From the NCBI GenBank assembly GCA_965153355.1, contig OZ231126.1:31930001-31994000 (forward strand): a stretch of 64,000 bases of DNA. Reading direction: 5' to 3'. Made by a program: the position numbers and the translations under genes. Of the stretch, positions 12,437 through 24,057 are shown piece by piece. The notes beneath the pieces were generated by a model. The model did not search any database. It saw only the letters and a list, made by a program, of their open reading frames with translations, and was not told where the DNA came from. Position 1 is the first letter of the stretch, and every line of letters starts with the position of its first letter. The stretch is from Flaccisagitta enflata (lineage: Eukaryota).

Positions 12437-13025
12437 TACAGAGGCCAAAAGGGAGCACTAGGAATTCGTAGAGTATCCCTTTCCTAACAAAACGAAGAAA
12501 CTTGCGATGAGTTGGGTGAATTAGAAGGTGAAAGAATGCATCTTTTAAGTCTATGGTGGCCCCCCAATCGCCGGGGCGAAGGAGAGAGGCCACGTCTCTC
12601 ACAGTGTCCATCTTGAAATGGGGGGCTGAAATAAATTGGCTGTTTAGCGGCTTCAGATTTATTATTGGTCGAAAACCTCCGTCTTTCTTTGGGACTACAA
12701 AAATGTTTGACGTGTAGCCCAGGGAAAATGGAACTTCTTGAATAGCCCCCTTTGAAATCAGAGATTTTACCTCCTCCTCTATTATCAAAGTCTTCTCCTG
12801 AGAAAAGTGATGGCGACGGGATAGGTTGGGAAGGCTGAGGGGGGGAGGGCTTATGAACGGAATTTTGTAACCTTTTAGAGTGTTCAAAATAAATGGCGGG
12901 GCCTTCAGGTGATCTTTCCAGAAGTCCCGAAACAAACTTAAACGTCCTCCGACTATGGGTATTGTTGATGGCTGTCCCGGAGGAGGAAGGGAAGGAGGAG
13001 GAGGAGGAGGAGAATGGCGGCCTTG

Positions 13026-15070
13026 TCATTCTTTGCCGGCCCCCTTGCCGCGAGGGGGGCGGCTCGTGGCATTTCCCCGCGCAGAAGGCTTGCGGGAAGA
13101 AGCTGCCCCAGATTTAAAGTTTTTGCCCCTATTGAAACGAGACTGAGGCTGGCGAGATGCATATGAAAAACTTCCTTTAGCAGCAGGCAAGAAACGGCGG
13201 GAAGACTTGTCATCCAAGGACCGAAGCATGAAAGCACTTGAAATGGCTGAGTTGACTTTCTCTGATTCATTGCCAAAAAAATGAGAGGCAGATGGTTTGG
13301 CCTCTTTCAATGCAGACTTAAGTTGTCGGGCTTGAGGAGAGGCAATGACAAGCCGACGGACATCTTTAACTCAGTTGTTGGAAACAGCTGCAAGGCACGT
13401 AGTTGCATCAGAAATTGGCGAGAGAACACTAGACTTAAATGAGTCCTTCGTAGTTGATCGCCATTCAGCCCACTCCTCTCTGGAGGGTGGGTTTTTGGGC
13501 AGCTCACTCAAGAAGCACTGAATAAAGGCCTTTGCCGATAAAATTGCGTGAGCAGCCGCACCGGTACAATTCATGGTCGAATTGAGCAAGTTGAACTGAG
13601 CCTTAGACTTTGTTTTGACATGTTCGAAGGCGGCAGAAAGAGAATCATCTGCCTTGGGAGCTGCAAAGGAAGGGGCACCAATTGCATGTGCCCATTTACG
13701 TTTGAAACGATTTGTTGAAATGCGGTCCCAATCAGAGGACATTTTACCAAAGGCCAGCTCTTTAGAAGGACCTTTGTCCGTAGAATCAGACTCGGTAGTT
13801 GCATCAGAGAGGCAACGGGCTGTAAGCCACTGGGATTTGACCCATTTGCCCTCTGTCACGTACTTCCATGAACGTTTGGAAGACTGAATCGATTCCTTAG
13901 AGGAATTAGACTCGGCATCAGAAGGATGAACATCTTCTATGTCCGAGGCCGCACGGGATTGCTCCGACGAAGATAAAGGCGATTTATCCATCTGGCGATA
14001 ACGTTTGGTTCGACCAGAGGATGTGCGGCAGGGGGACAAAGGACGCTTCTGTCCTCGACCAGAAGCCCCCCCTCCTTCTGCTTATAGTATGACGTCATCA
14101 GTCATAGAGCAGAAGGGAACACAATGGAGGGACCGGAAACATGGTTTCACAATGTGTTTTACCGGAATGAATGGATGAGGGACCGGAAAACATGGTTTCG
14201 ATCATCATTCCGGAGTCAAAAATCACGAGGAACAGATTGGAGAGAGAAAGCGCAGCAGGCGAAAGGAAAGTTGCGTAACACATGAAAGAAAGAAATCACA
14301 AAAAAATTTAACCCCAATATACTACGATGACTCCCAGCCTAATCCCCACCAGAGGTGGAGACTAGGGGTGGAAGGTGGGAATCGATTGGGGTGGATGGCG
14401 AAAGGAATCCGGAATTCCCTAAAGGAATTAAGGTATTCCATTTCGCCATCCACCCCAATCGACGTGTGGGAATATGCAAAGAACAGGAGGAAGCGTAGGA
14501 ATGTAGAGCGGTGATTGGGGTGAGCAAGCGCAAGGAAGAAAACCGACCTGGCTGGGACGTTGGAATCTTAGATAGAGCGTCAGAGAGCAAAGAGCGCAAT
14601 TGGCCAAAGTCGGCATCTCGTGATTTTGACTGACCAGGTCCACTTGACTGATCTGCAGGCGTCACGCGGACCGAGCGGTCAAGACGGGAACGGCTGGCAC
14701 GGGTCTGGTCACCTACTTCAGCTCTAGCTCCAGCAAGAGACTCCAAAAAAGCGGCTGAGCGTTTTGGAGATTTGTGTGACGAAGATTCGGGAGGACGAAA
14801 GTAGCCAGTAGGAGGAAGGTAACACTCCTCATCATCGGCAACGAAGGCGTCATATTGCGATCGATATTCGTCTTCGTATTCATTGTGATCGGAAAAATTA
14901 TCGTCCGGAGTGCGGTCCCACCGCGGCGAGAAGGCGCGTTCCTTACGACTTCGATCACGATTCTCGTCACATTCACGGAGAAGCCTACGCGCTTCGTCAT
15001 AATCTTGATGAGCGCGAGACTCGGGAGACAAACTTTGCTCCCAGTTTTCATCATCAGAAATCTCATCCAT
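13026..15070 (-). pseudogene. DIRS gag-like ORF: exon 15070-14548, predicted intron 14547-14081, exon 14080-13026 with one internal TGA (13371-13373)
   Basis: ORFs 13371-14039 and 13026-13310 share a frame. The phase-1 donor CAG|GTCGGT and phase-1 acceptor TAAG|CAG join them to ORF 14339-15070. The protein ends in a basic RG-rich tail. Confidence 0.7.
14382..14473. repeat. ICR-like hairpin of the DIRS element; 14434-14473 is a perfect 40-bp inverted copy of the element 5' end (15399-15438)
   Basis: TCGATTGGGGTGGATGGCGAAAGGAAT (14382-14408), a 25-nt loop, then TATTCCATTTCGCCATCCACCCCAATCGACGTGTGGGAAT (14434-14473). Confidence 0.9.
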
Positions 15071-15444
15071 GATGGAAGAGTTTTCACTTGATTTAGATAC
15101 GATTTCAAGTTCGATCGTTTAGAAGAAAAATGCGACTAAACGAGATAAATGGAAGTGCAATCAAGACATAAAATGCAATGCACGACGAAAAAGCAGATCA
15201 ATGTTAATAAACATTTAAATAAAATAATCGAAAAATACGTGTTTACACGAAGCGTGAGCGAATAGAAGTGAGGCTTTTCGCCGGCTACGGGCTATTGTTC
15301 ATGGCCAGACAGGCCCAGACCAGCCGCCACCATGCGGCTCGGCGGAAAAGCTTTATCCTTTTGTTTGGATTTTCGCTGAGAGAGATTTCGACGAGCGAAT
15401 TCCCACACGTCGATTGGGGTGGATGGCGAAATGGAATAAATGTG

Positions 15445-15695
15445 CATGATTCGCATCGTCCAAATTATCAGCATAGTTGTCGTCGTTATCATCATCGTCA
15501 TTTTCCTCATCGTCATTGTCATAATCACCGTCTTCTCCGTCGTTGTCAACATCACCATTGTTATCGGTTTCTTCATGCCTGTCATCGTTGTCATCGACGC
15601 ATTCAACTCTTTTATCAACATCGTCATCAGCAGCCTCTTCATTGTTGTTTTCGTGTTCGTCGTTTTCATCGCTATGATCGTTTTCATCTTCTCAA
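15445..15695. repeat. Degenerate (ATC/GTC) trinucleotide repeat flanking the DIRS 5' end
   Basis: CATCGTCATT-type 3-nt periodicity. Confidence 0.85.
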
Positions 15696-15988
15696 TTATT
15701 GTAATTTAATCCAACTGTGGCAAGACCGTCTATGGCAAGACAATCTGAAGTTCAACTGTACATAGCGAGATCATCACAGGATCTGTTTCTACTTGTGACA
15801 ATTGCATTTCAACGGGCCACTCGGTCGCTCGCCACGTCCGTTTGTTCGCACCGCTCACTCGCTTTGCAGCACTTTGCTTCGCTTGCTCGCTTCATTCACA
15901 AGCTTGCTCACTCACTTCGCTCACTCCCTCTGTCTGTCTGTCTTTCTGTGAATATGTCTGTCTCTCTTGTCCATCTACCTCTCTGCTC

Positions 15989-16047
<59 letters not shown>

Positions 16048-16632
16048 AGAGACAGAGAGAAATGGACAGAAGAAAAGGCAGCCGGTTGGGTGGTCAGTTC
16101 AAGACGTCTATCTTTTACTCCTGTCTTCCGATGTTTAATCTAATTCAGTCGCTCATTCATTCATTCATTCATTCATTCATTCATCCATTCATTCATTCAT
16201 TCATTCATTCAACGGACAAAGCGGGGTATAGAGTCGCGTAGCACGCGACTAAAAAGAAAAAGGTAACACTCGCATTTTGTATATGCATTCACAAACACAT
16301 ACTTGAACGCTCACGCTGATGCAGACTCAATTAAATTGATCGGAAACTTTCGAAGCATGGAAAATAGTCATACAGAAGTAAGTCGCCAAAAGAATCGGTT
16401 GAAAAAATCGCGCGGGGCGAGAGGAGCGAGACTTTGTTTTCTTTGTAACAAGGCTGTAAGAGTGAATATTCTTTTACTTGACAACATCGTTGACCCAAAC
16501 CAAAGCTCTGGATATAATTTTCTCGTACAAAAGTGGTCTTAATAGGAGGGGCGAAATGGGGCGAAATGACAATTTTTTGAGCGAGATGCGCGCGAAGGTT
16601 TGCGTGCTGCTAGGGAGCTTTCGCGCTGTGTG

Positions 16633-16812
16633 CCGGTATCGGCGATGACTCTCTCCAACGCTTGTTGCACGAGTCTTTCACTTTCCGCATCCAAAGCGGA
16701 AGTTGCTTCATCCAGCAGCAGGATTTTGGCGTCGACGAGCAGCGCGCGTGCGATGGCGATGCGCTGCTTCTGACCGCCGGACAATTTCACTCCGCGTTCG
16801 CCGACGCGCGCT
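16633..16812 (-). CDS. Isolated exon of an ABCB-type ABC transporter ATPase domain
   Basis: Acceptor TCTTCAG|, then [53 protein letters not shown] (signature, Walker B, D-loop). No other ABC exons were found. Confidence 0.85.
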
Positions 16813-19764
16813 CTGAAGATGAGACAGTCAGAGAAATAGCTGCTTAATTCTATATTCTTATGATATGTTGTACTGATTGAGTTTTTTTTTTGTTGTAAAA
16901 TCAATCTTTTTTTTTCCCTCCTTGGAGATTTTCTTGTTATGGTGGTTTTTAGATGCGTCCTCGCATCTCTATAAGAGGGTATGTCCCTTGGTAGGTCTGA
17001 ATGTCTGTCTGTCTGTCCGTCCGTAACGCGAAAATTTCAAAACACGATTTTCAAGGTTTTCTCTTCATTTCTATTCATGTCTCTTCCTGTCTCTTATATT
17101 TCGTATGTCTCTTTCATCTCTTTTGTCTCTTTTGTCTCCTATATGTCTCTTATGTCTCCTATATGTCTCTTATGTCTCATATATCTCTTATGTTTCTTAT
17201 ATCTCTTACATCCCTTATGTCTCTTATATCTCTTATGTCCCTCATGTCTCTTCATGTCTCTCTATGTCTCTTTTGTCTCTTCATGTTTCCTCATGTCTCT
17301 TCATGTCTCTCCATGTCTCTCCAAGTCCCTTCATGTCTCTTTGTGAGGATGAGGCGGGGGAGGCGTGGGGAGCCGTGGGGGGTGGGGAGGCGTGGGGGAA
17401 GGGGGGAGGGGTGGGGAGGCGTGGGAGCAGGGGTGGGGAGGCGCGGGGAAGAGGGGAGGGGAGGCGTGGGGGGGGGGGGTGGGGAAGAGGGGGAGGCGTG
17501 GGGGAGGGAGGAATCAGTTTATATTTTTGTCTTTATCTCTGTATCTTTATTTTTCATATCATTATATCTTAATATCTTTATATCTTTATAATTTGTAAGA
17601 AAATATCTTACATCTAAAGAGGACGCATCTATTGGACATCTCTTGGCCTTGTTCTTGTTATTTTTGTTTTTCTTGCGGTTTTTTTTTTTTTTTGTTTTTC
17701 TTGCTTTTTGTGGATCGCCAGATCCACTTAGTCCTGGGAGAGTTTTTACTATTTTATTTTTTTTATTATTTTGCGTGCTCACCTTTTCTTTTTCTTCTAT
17801 CTGGACGATTTCAGTAACAGACTCACACTTGGTAATGAAAAATTCGCATTTTCAAAATTGGATTTTTTAGATTGACTGTAGTTGAATCGTGAAAGTAGAC
17901 GTCTGGACGATATGAATCAGCTATTGTTTCAACTTAATGGCACCCCTAAAAGCCCACGGGGGGGAACGCTAAGGGGGGGGGGGGGTAAAAAAAATTTGAA
18001 AAAAAAAGTTAGTCTCAATAGATTCAGAATTGTTTGGAACGTACAAAATTCATGTTTTCAAAATTTCCATATTTTTGACAAAAAAATTTTTTTTTACCAA
18101 GTCTGTGCCGCGTCGAGCCTCTCGTCCCCTGAGGATTTATGGGGAAGGGGGGAGAGAGAGAATAATTCTGAAAGTGGTTGCAGCATTATCTATTTATCTG
18201 ACTCACGTAATCATTTGTACTGTAACTTGAGTTTACGGTAAAACCCATAAAGGCTAGAGTTGAAAAAGAATCAAGTCGAGCAGTGAAGGCAGCATCATCA
18301 TTTTGCGCGTGAAATGTTGAAAAACCGTAATTGTCCAAAATTCAACTCTCACTTCTTTGATCGTGCAAATCAGACAGAGCCAAGCCAAATTCATCTTGAT
18401 AGCGTACCACTAAGTTAGGCCAACATATATGGGTCATTGTGAATACATTAAGAACCTTTTCTGAGAAAAGTCCACAAATAATATTTGTTGGACGTGGATG
18501 GGACAATTAAATTGTTGAAAAACCGTAGTTGTCCGAAATTCAAAATCCTCTCAAACAAATTCTTTCTCTTACTTTTTTGCGCGATTTTTTTTTCAACGGC
18601 CTTCTTTCAGAAATGAAGGATGACCAAAGCCTATATCTGACGGCTCTTTCACCCATTATGAAGACTATATTGAACTTATTAGGTATTCCTATCAAATTTG
18701 TCCAAAAATGCCTGATTTTCCTCCTCCACTTCCATATGCTATAAATGTACAAAATTGAACAAGTTAAAGTAGCGAAGAGGATCGTATCTGTTAAACATTA
18801 CCAAATGGTAACAACAAATGTCCATGGTCCCTTAAAACATGGATTAGACCTCGAGATAATGCTTAAATACATACTGTTACATTTTTGTTACAGGAAAATG
18901 GAGTGTTTAAGTGACCTCGTATGGACATAATTTTCAAGAAAAAAAATAAGTCGACCTGCTTTAGCCCGCTAAAAATCATGCAAATATGCCTCCTTTAACA
19001 TTTAATGGTGACGATATCAATGACAAATCCCTAGTCAATTGATAATGCGCTCTCAGCCATGGGCTGGTCTGGGAAAATAGATGTGTGAGTCTCTTGCTGA
19101 AATCTTCCATCTTCTTTATTCTGTATTTTTCTTCATCTCATGATTGTGTGCTCACCTTAGTCTTTTGTTTTTGTTAGTGTTTTTTTATTTTACATGCTCA
19201 CCTTTTTGTTTTCTTCTTTCTTCTTTAATCTGTATTTTTTTTCTCATCTCAAGATTGTGTGCTCACCTTAGTCCTTTGTTTTTGATATTCTTTTCTCTCA
19301 AGATGTCTCCATAAATCTCTTTGTAAATCTTTTGTTTTTGCATCCTCACCTATTTTTCTTATCACATTCTTTAATTTTTTTTCATCTCAAGATTGTGAGC
19401 TCACCTTAGTCTTTTGTTTTTTTTTCTCTCAACATGTCTCCATATATCTCTTTGTAAATCTTTTGTTTTTGCATTCTCACCTATTTTGGGTGCTCACCTT
19501 TTCGTTTTCTTCTATCTTCTTTATTCTGTATTTTTTTTTTCATTTCAAAATTGTGTGCTCACCTTAGTATTTTGTTTGCGTCAGTCTTTTTTTCTATTAT
19601 TTTGCGTGCTCATTTTTATTCTTTTTATTGTTTTATTATTATTAAGAATACCCCCACCTTAGTCTTTTATTTAGGTTGGTTTTTTTTTTGTCACCAGATG
19701 TCTCAAAATCTTTTTCAATTCGCCTTTTGTTTTCTTCCCACTAATTGACATTAATTGACACTAA

Positions 19765-20437
19765 ATATATATATATCAAGTTTATTCACATGCAAGAAAC
19801 ATGTAGCAATAACAAAAGACAAAAAACAATAGCCAGAAACAATATAAGTAAATGAAATAGTTCAATTTCATGCCCATATACATGGTCAAGTATCAAAGAA
19901 AATTGAGTGTAGAGAGTCATCAATAATTACTTGATAGCACTGGGCCTACCGCAGTTGCTGCCCTATATATGTTCTTTGATTTGTCAGCATGTAAAAGCGA
20001 CAGATACAAACATACACACACCAATTAATGGCACCAAGTAAATGGTATATTGTACATGTATACAAGGATGATTGATTGATGGCCCCTCGCTACATAATAG
20101 CATGAGGGACAGAAAAAAATCATTTTGTGGAGCTGAAAAGAGGATGATTGAATGATTGATGGCCCCTCACTACATAATAGCATGAGGGACTGACACCAGT
20201 TTCTGTTCCAGTTCCAGACCTATGGGTACTTTTTATGATCGTGTTAGATAATGGATCTGAAGAAATGGTTCTGAGAAAGGCGCTCGTGGAAGAGTTTACG
20301 TCGTTTTTCTAGTAGCTCTTCCCAAGTGGGCCGCTGCAGCGCATGTTGGAGATCTGTAACAGACTCCCAATTTCTGTAACTGAAAGTTTTACGAAAGAGC
20401 AAGTTGTACGCCACTCTAAGACGTCTTCGCCTTTTGC
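19765..20437 (-). mobile_element. 5'-truncated non-LTR retrotransposon 3' end (CR1/L2-group-like ORF2 C-terminus plus 3' UTR)
   Basis: LRVAYNLLFRKTFSYRNWESVTDLQHAL..TWEELLEKRRKLF resembles CR1/L2-group ORF2 tails. AATAAA (19781-19786) is followed by an (AT)n tail. Confidence 0.55.
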
Positions 20438-20455
20438 TAGAGAGAAAGGGAGAGA

Positions 20456-20555
<100 letters not shown>

Positions 20556-20747
20556 AAAAAGAGAGAGAGAGCAAGAGAGAGAGAGAGAGAGAGGAAAAAC
20601 AATTTCAGCTATCAAATACCACAAAGCTTGAAATGTTCACAAATTTTGGCAATTCACTTATAGTTGGAGTTTTTTTTTTTTAGATTTAAATCTTATATTC
20701 AAATTTTTTATGTTTTAATAAATATTATGATTACAGTTAAAAATTAT

Positions 20748-22602
20748 AAAAAGCTTCAAAATTACAGTCCCCGACTGGGGACTGTAATTTTTGAAGCTTT
20801 CTCGTCGCGTAAACGCGACTCGAGAAGACACACACACAAAAAAAAAAAATTTTTCAAAAAAAAAAAAAAAATTCAAAAAAATAATTCAAAAAAAAATTTC
20901 AAAAAAAAATTTCAAAAAAAAAAATTTCAAAAAAAAAAAAATTTCAAAAAAATTTCAAAAAAAAAAAAAAATTAAAAAATTTTCAAAAAATTTTTCAAAT
21001 AAAAATTTCAAATACCTGGAAGTCCATGGCGGCATACCTTGAAGACCATGGTGGCATACCTTGAAGACCATGGTGGCATACCTTGAAGACCATGGTGGCA
21101 TACCTTGCAGTCCGTGGTGGCATACCTAGAAGTCCGTGGTGGCATACCTAGAAGTCCGTGGTGGCATACCTAGAAGTCCATGGTGGCATACCTATTAGTC
21201 CGTGGTGGCATACCTAGAAGTCCGTGGTGGCATACCTTGAAGTCCATGATGGCATAACTTGAGATCCATGATGGCATACCTTATGATCCATGATGGCAAA
21301 CCTATAGAAAAACAGAATGTTATGAATGAACAAGTAAAAAAATTTTCATCAATCAAATCCATTTTATAAATTGCTTAAGTCCTAGTAACATATTACTACA
21401 TAACACTGCCCTCTCATAGCAAGATCAGGTGAAAAGTAACATTGCTGTAGGTTTTTTCACTGTTTTGTATAGAATCTGAGCTCTATTTACTGGAACTAAT
21501 GAAGATAAAATCTTGTCAAGAGCGCTTTTGGAGATTTTCATAAAAATTGGTGGTTTTAAGCCTTCTTTTTTCTGTAGATTCAACTGGGTATTTCAGAAAT
21601 ACTTTTTGTCAGCAAATTCATATTCCTGGTGAAATTTCCATTCATTTGATAGGTCGCAACATATACTTTTATATAGAAATAAGATTTTCAGTTTTTAAGC
21701 CACCGTTGCAAAATTGTAACGGTGGCTTAAAAATGGGAAATTGCATTTTTGAATAAAATTATATAGTGCGACCTATCAAATGAATGGAAATTTCACCAGG
21801 AATTCAAATATGCTGTCAAAAAAGATTTTCAAAATACCCAGTAGAATCTACATTGAAAAAAAGGGTACAAACCATTAATTTTTATGAAAATCTCAAAAAG
21901 CGCTCTTGTCAAGATTTTATCTTTATTTGTTCCAGTAAATAGAGCTCAGATTCTATACAAAACAATGAAAAAACCTACAGTAATGTTACTTTTCTCCGGA
22001 TCTTGCTGTGAGAGGGCAGTGATAAATAAATAAATAAATAGAAAAAAAAAGCTAATATCTCATACACCAGACCTCAGATTTAATTCAAATTTTGCAGGGG
22101 CTGTTGAATTGACATCCTTTACTAGTATACCAAATTAAAAAAAAAATTCACATGCCTTTACTACCCTTTGCCTATGTAAATTGCCTAAGTCCTAGTAACA
22201 TAGTACTATATAAATAAGGTAATATCTCATAAACCAGACCTCAGATTTAATTCAAATTTTGCAGGGGTTGTTTGTTTAATACCCTGTGCTTGTATACCAA
22301 ATTAAAAAAAAATTCACATAGGTTTACTACCCTCTACCTATGGAAATCGCCTAAGTCTAGTAAAATATTACTACAAAAATAATAGGCAAAGGGTAGTAAA
22401 AGTTTATGAATTTTTCTGAAAATTGGTACACAAGCTCCCATTGACATAAAAATAACACTGGTAAAGTTTCATGAACTTCTGAGGTCTGGTTCAAAAGATA
22501 TGAGAAGGTTTTAAACGACGACGACAAACGAACAAACAAACAGACTACGTATCAATGCTACTTCATAGTCACCGACGAAAACTGTTCGTCGGGGACAAAA
22601 AA
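20748..22602 (+). mobile_element. Long HINE/Helentron-like element with a ~22-bp tandem array (CCATGGTGGCATACCTTGAAGA, 21020-21300)
   Basis: 5' AAAAGCTT...CAGTCCCCGAC, 3' hairpin AGTCACCGACG...CGTCGGGGAC-AAAAA. Same architecture as 31281-34484. Confidence 0.55.
21404..22021. mobile_element. Foldback MITE (618 bp, palindromic over its whole length), CACTG termini, apparent 4-bp ATAA TSD
   Basis: ATAA|CACTGCCCTCTCATAGCAAGATC ... GATCTTGCTGTGAGAGGGCAGTG|ATAA, with centre TTAAGCCACCGTT..AACGGTGGCTTAA at about 21695-21730. Confidence 0.85.
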
Positions 22603-22875
22603 TTGAAACAGAAAAGAAGAGAAAAGAGAAGAAAGATAAAAGATAAAAAGTGAAATATAAAAAAAAGAAGATAAAAAATAAAAAGTGAAACTAAAAAATA
22701 AAAAGTGAAAAATAAAGGGTAAAAAGTGAAAAGTAGAATCTGAAAAAAATAAAAAATGAAAAGTAAAAAATAATGAAAAGTGAAAAAATGAAAAAAAGGA
22801 AAAAATAGAAAAAATAAAAATAGAAAGAATCAAATTAAACATCGCGATCCACAGCATGGGCGACAGCCACTGGTT

Positions 22876-23788
<913 letters not shown>

Positions 23789-24057
23789 CACTGGTTTTTT
23801 GTTTTATTTGCTCTTTTTTTTCTTCCTTTACAGGAGTTATGTCCAAATATTGATATTTTCTGGCAGTTATGAATGCTCAAAATGATTTGGGTTCCATAAA
23901 ACTAAAAAACTAGGACACAAGCATCAATTGAACAACTTATATTTCAAATATCAAGTTTATGAAATGAAATTAAGACACTTAGATACCTTCCTCCAGTTTA
24001 GGCTGTTATTCCATGAACCCCACTGTATATTCAAGTGTTACAGTTCACGCCACTTAC

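Larger units (their letters stand above)
7344..13025 (-). pseudogene. DIRS pol (RT, RNase H, adenine-methyltransferase-like domain) split at 8858/12438 by an insertion
   Basis: Removing 8860-12436 and one TA restores TTT GGC CTC TGT ACA GCC CCA = F-G-L-C-T-A-P, joining ORF 12366-12935 to ORF 7344-8879 in frame. The typical N-terminal VGGRL motif is at about 12939-12953. Confidence 0.92.
6496..15438 (-). mobile_element. DIRS1-like tyrosine-recombinase retrotransposon (gag, RT-RNaseH-methyltransferase, overlapping YR), interrupted by a DNA transposon; 3' boundary uncertain
   Basis: RT motifs (KKDGGFRPIINLK, IDLKDAFFH, LPFGLCTAP, YLDD), RNase H (TDSS, HINAKE, TDST, ADFASR), MT (IDLFAS, YVFPP) and YR (RRPSEL, SKT, GSTR, GDW, FRFY). 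Perfect 62-bp inverted repeat at 6496-6557 / 15267-15328. Confidence 0.95.

Noticed and set aside
14434-15438. Invertible segment flipped by the tyrosine recombinase (40-bp inverted repeats)
   Set aside because: The repeat is better explained as a DIRS terminus/ICR pair, gag exon 1 is already in the coding orientation, and there is no evidence of a second orientation.
21020-21300. Regular 22-bp repeats (also 31325-31625, 49310-49830) as a possible CRISPR array
   Set aside because: Head-to-tail units with no unique spacers, no cas genes and a eukaryotic context.
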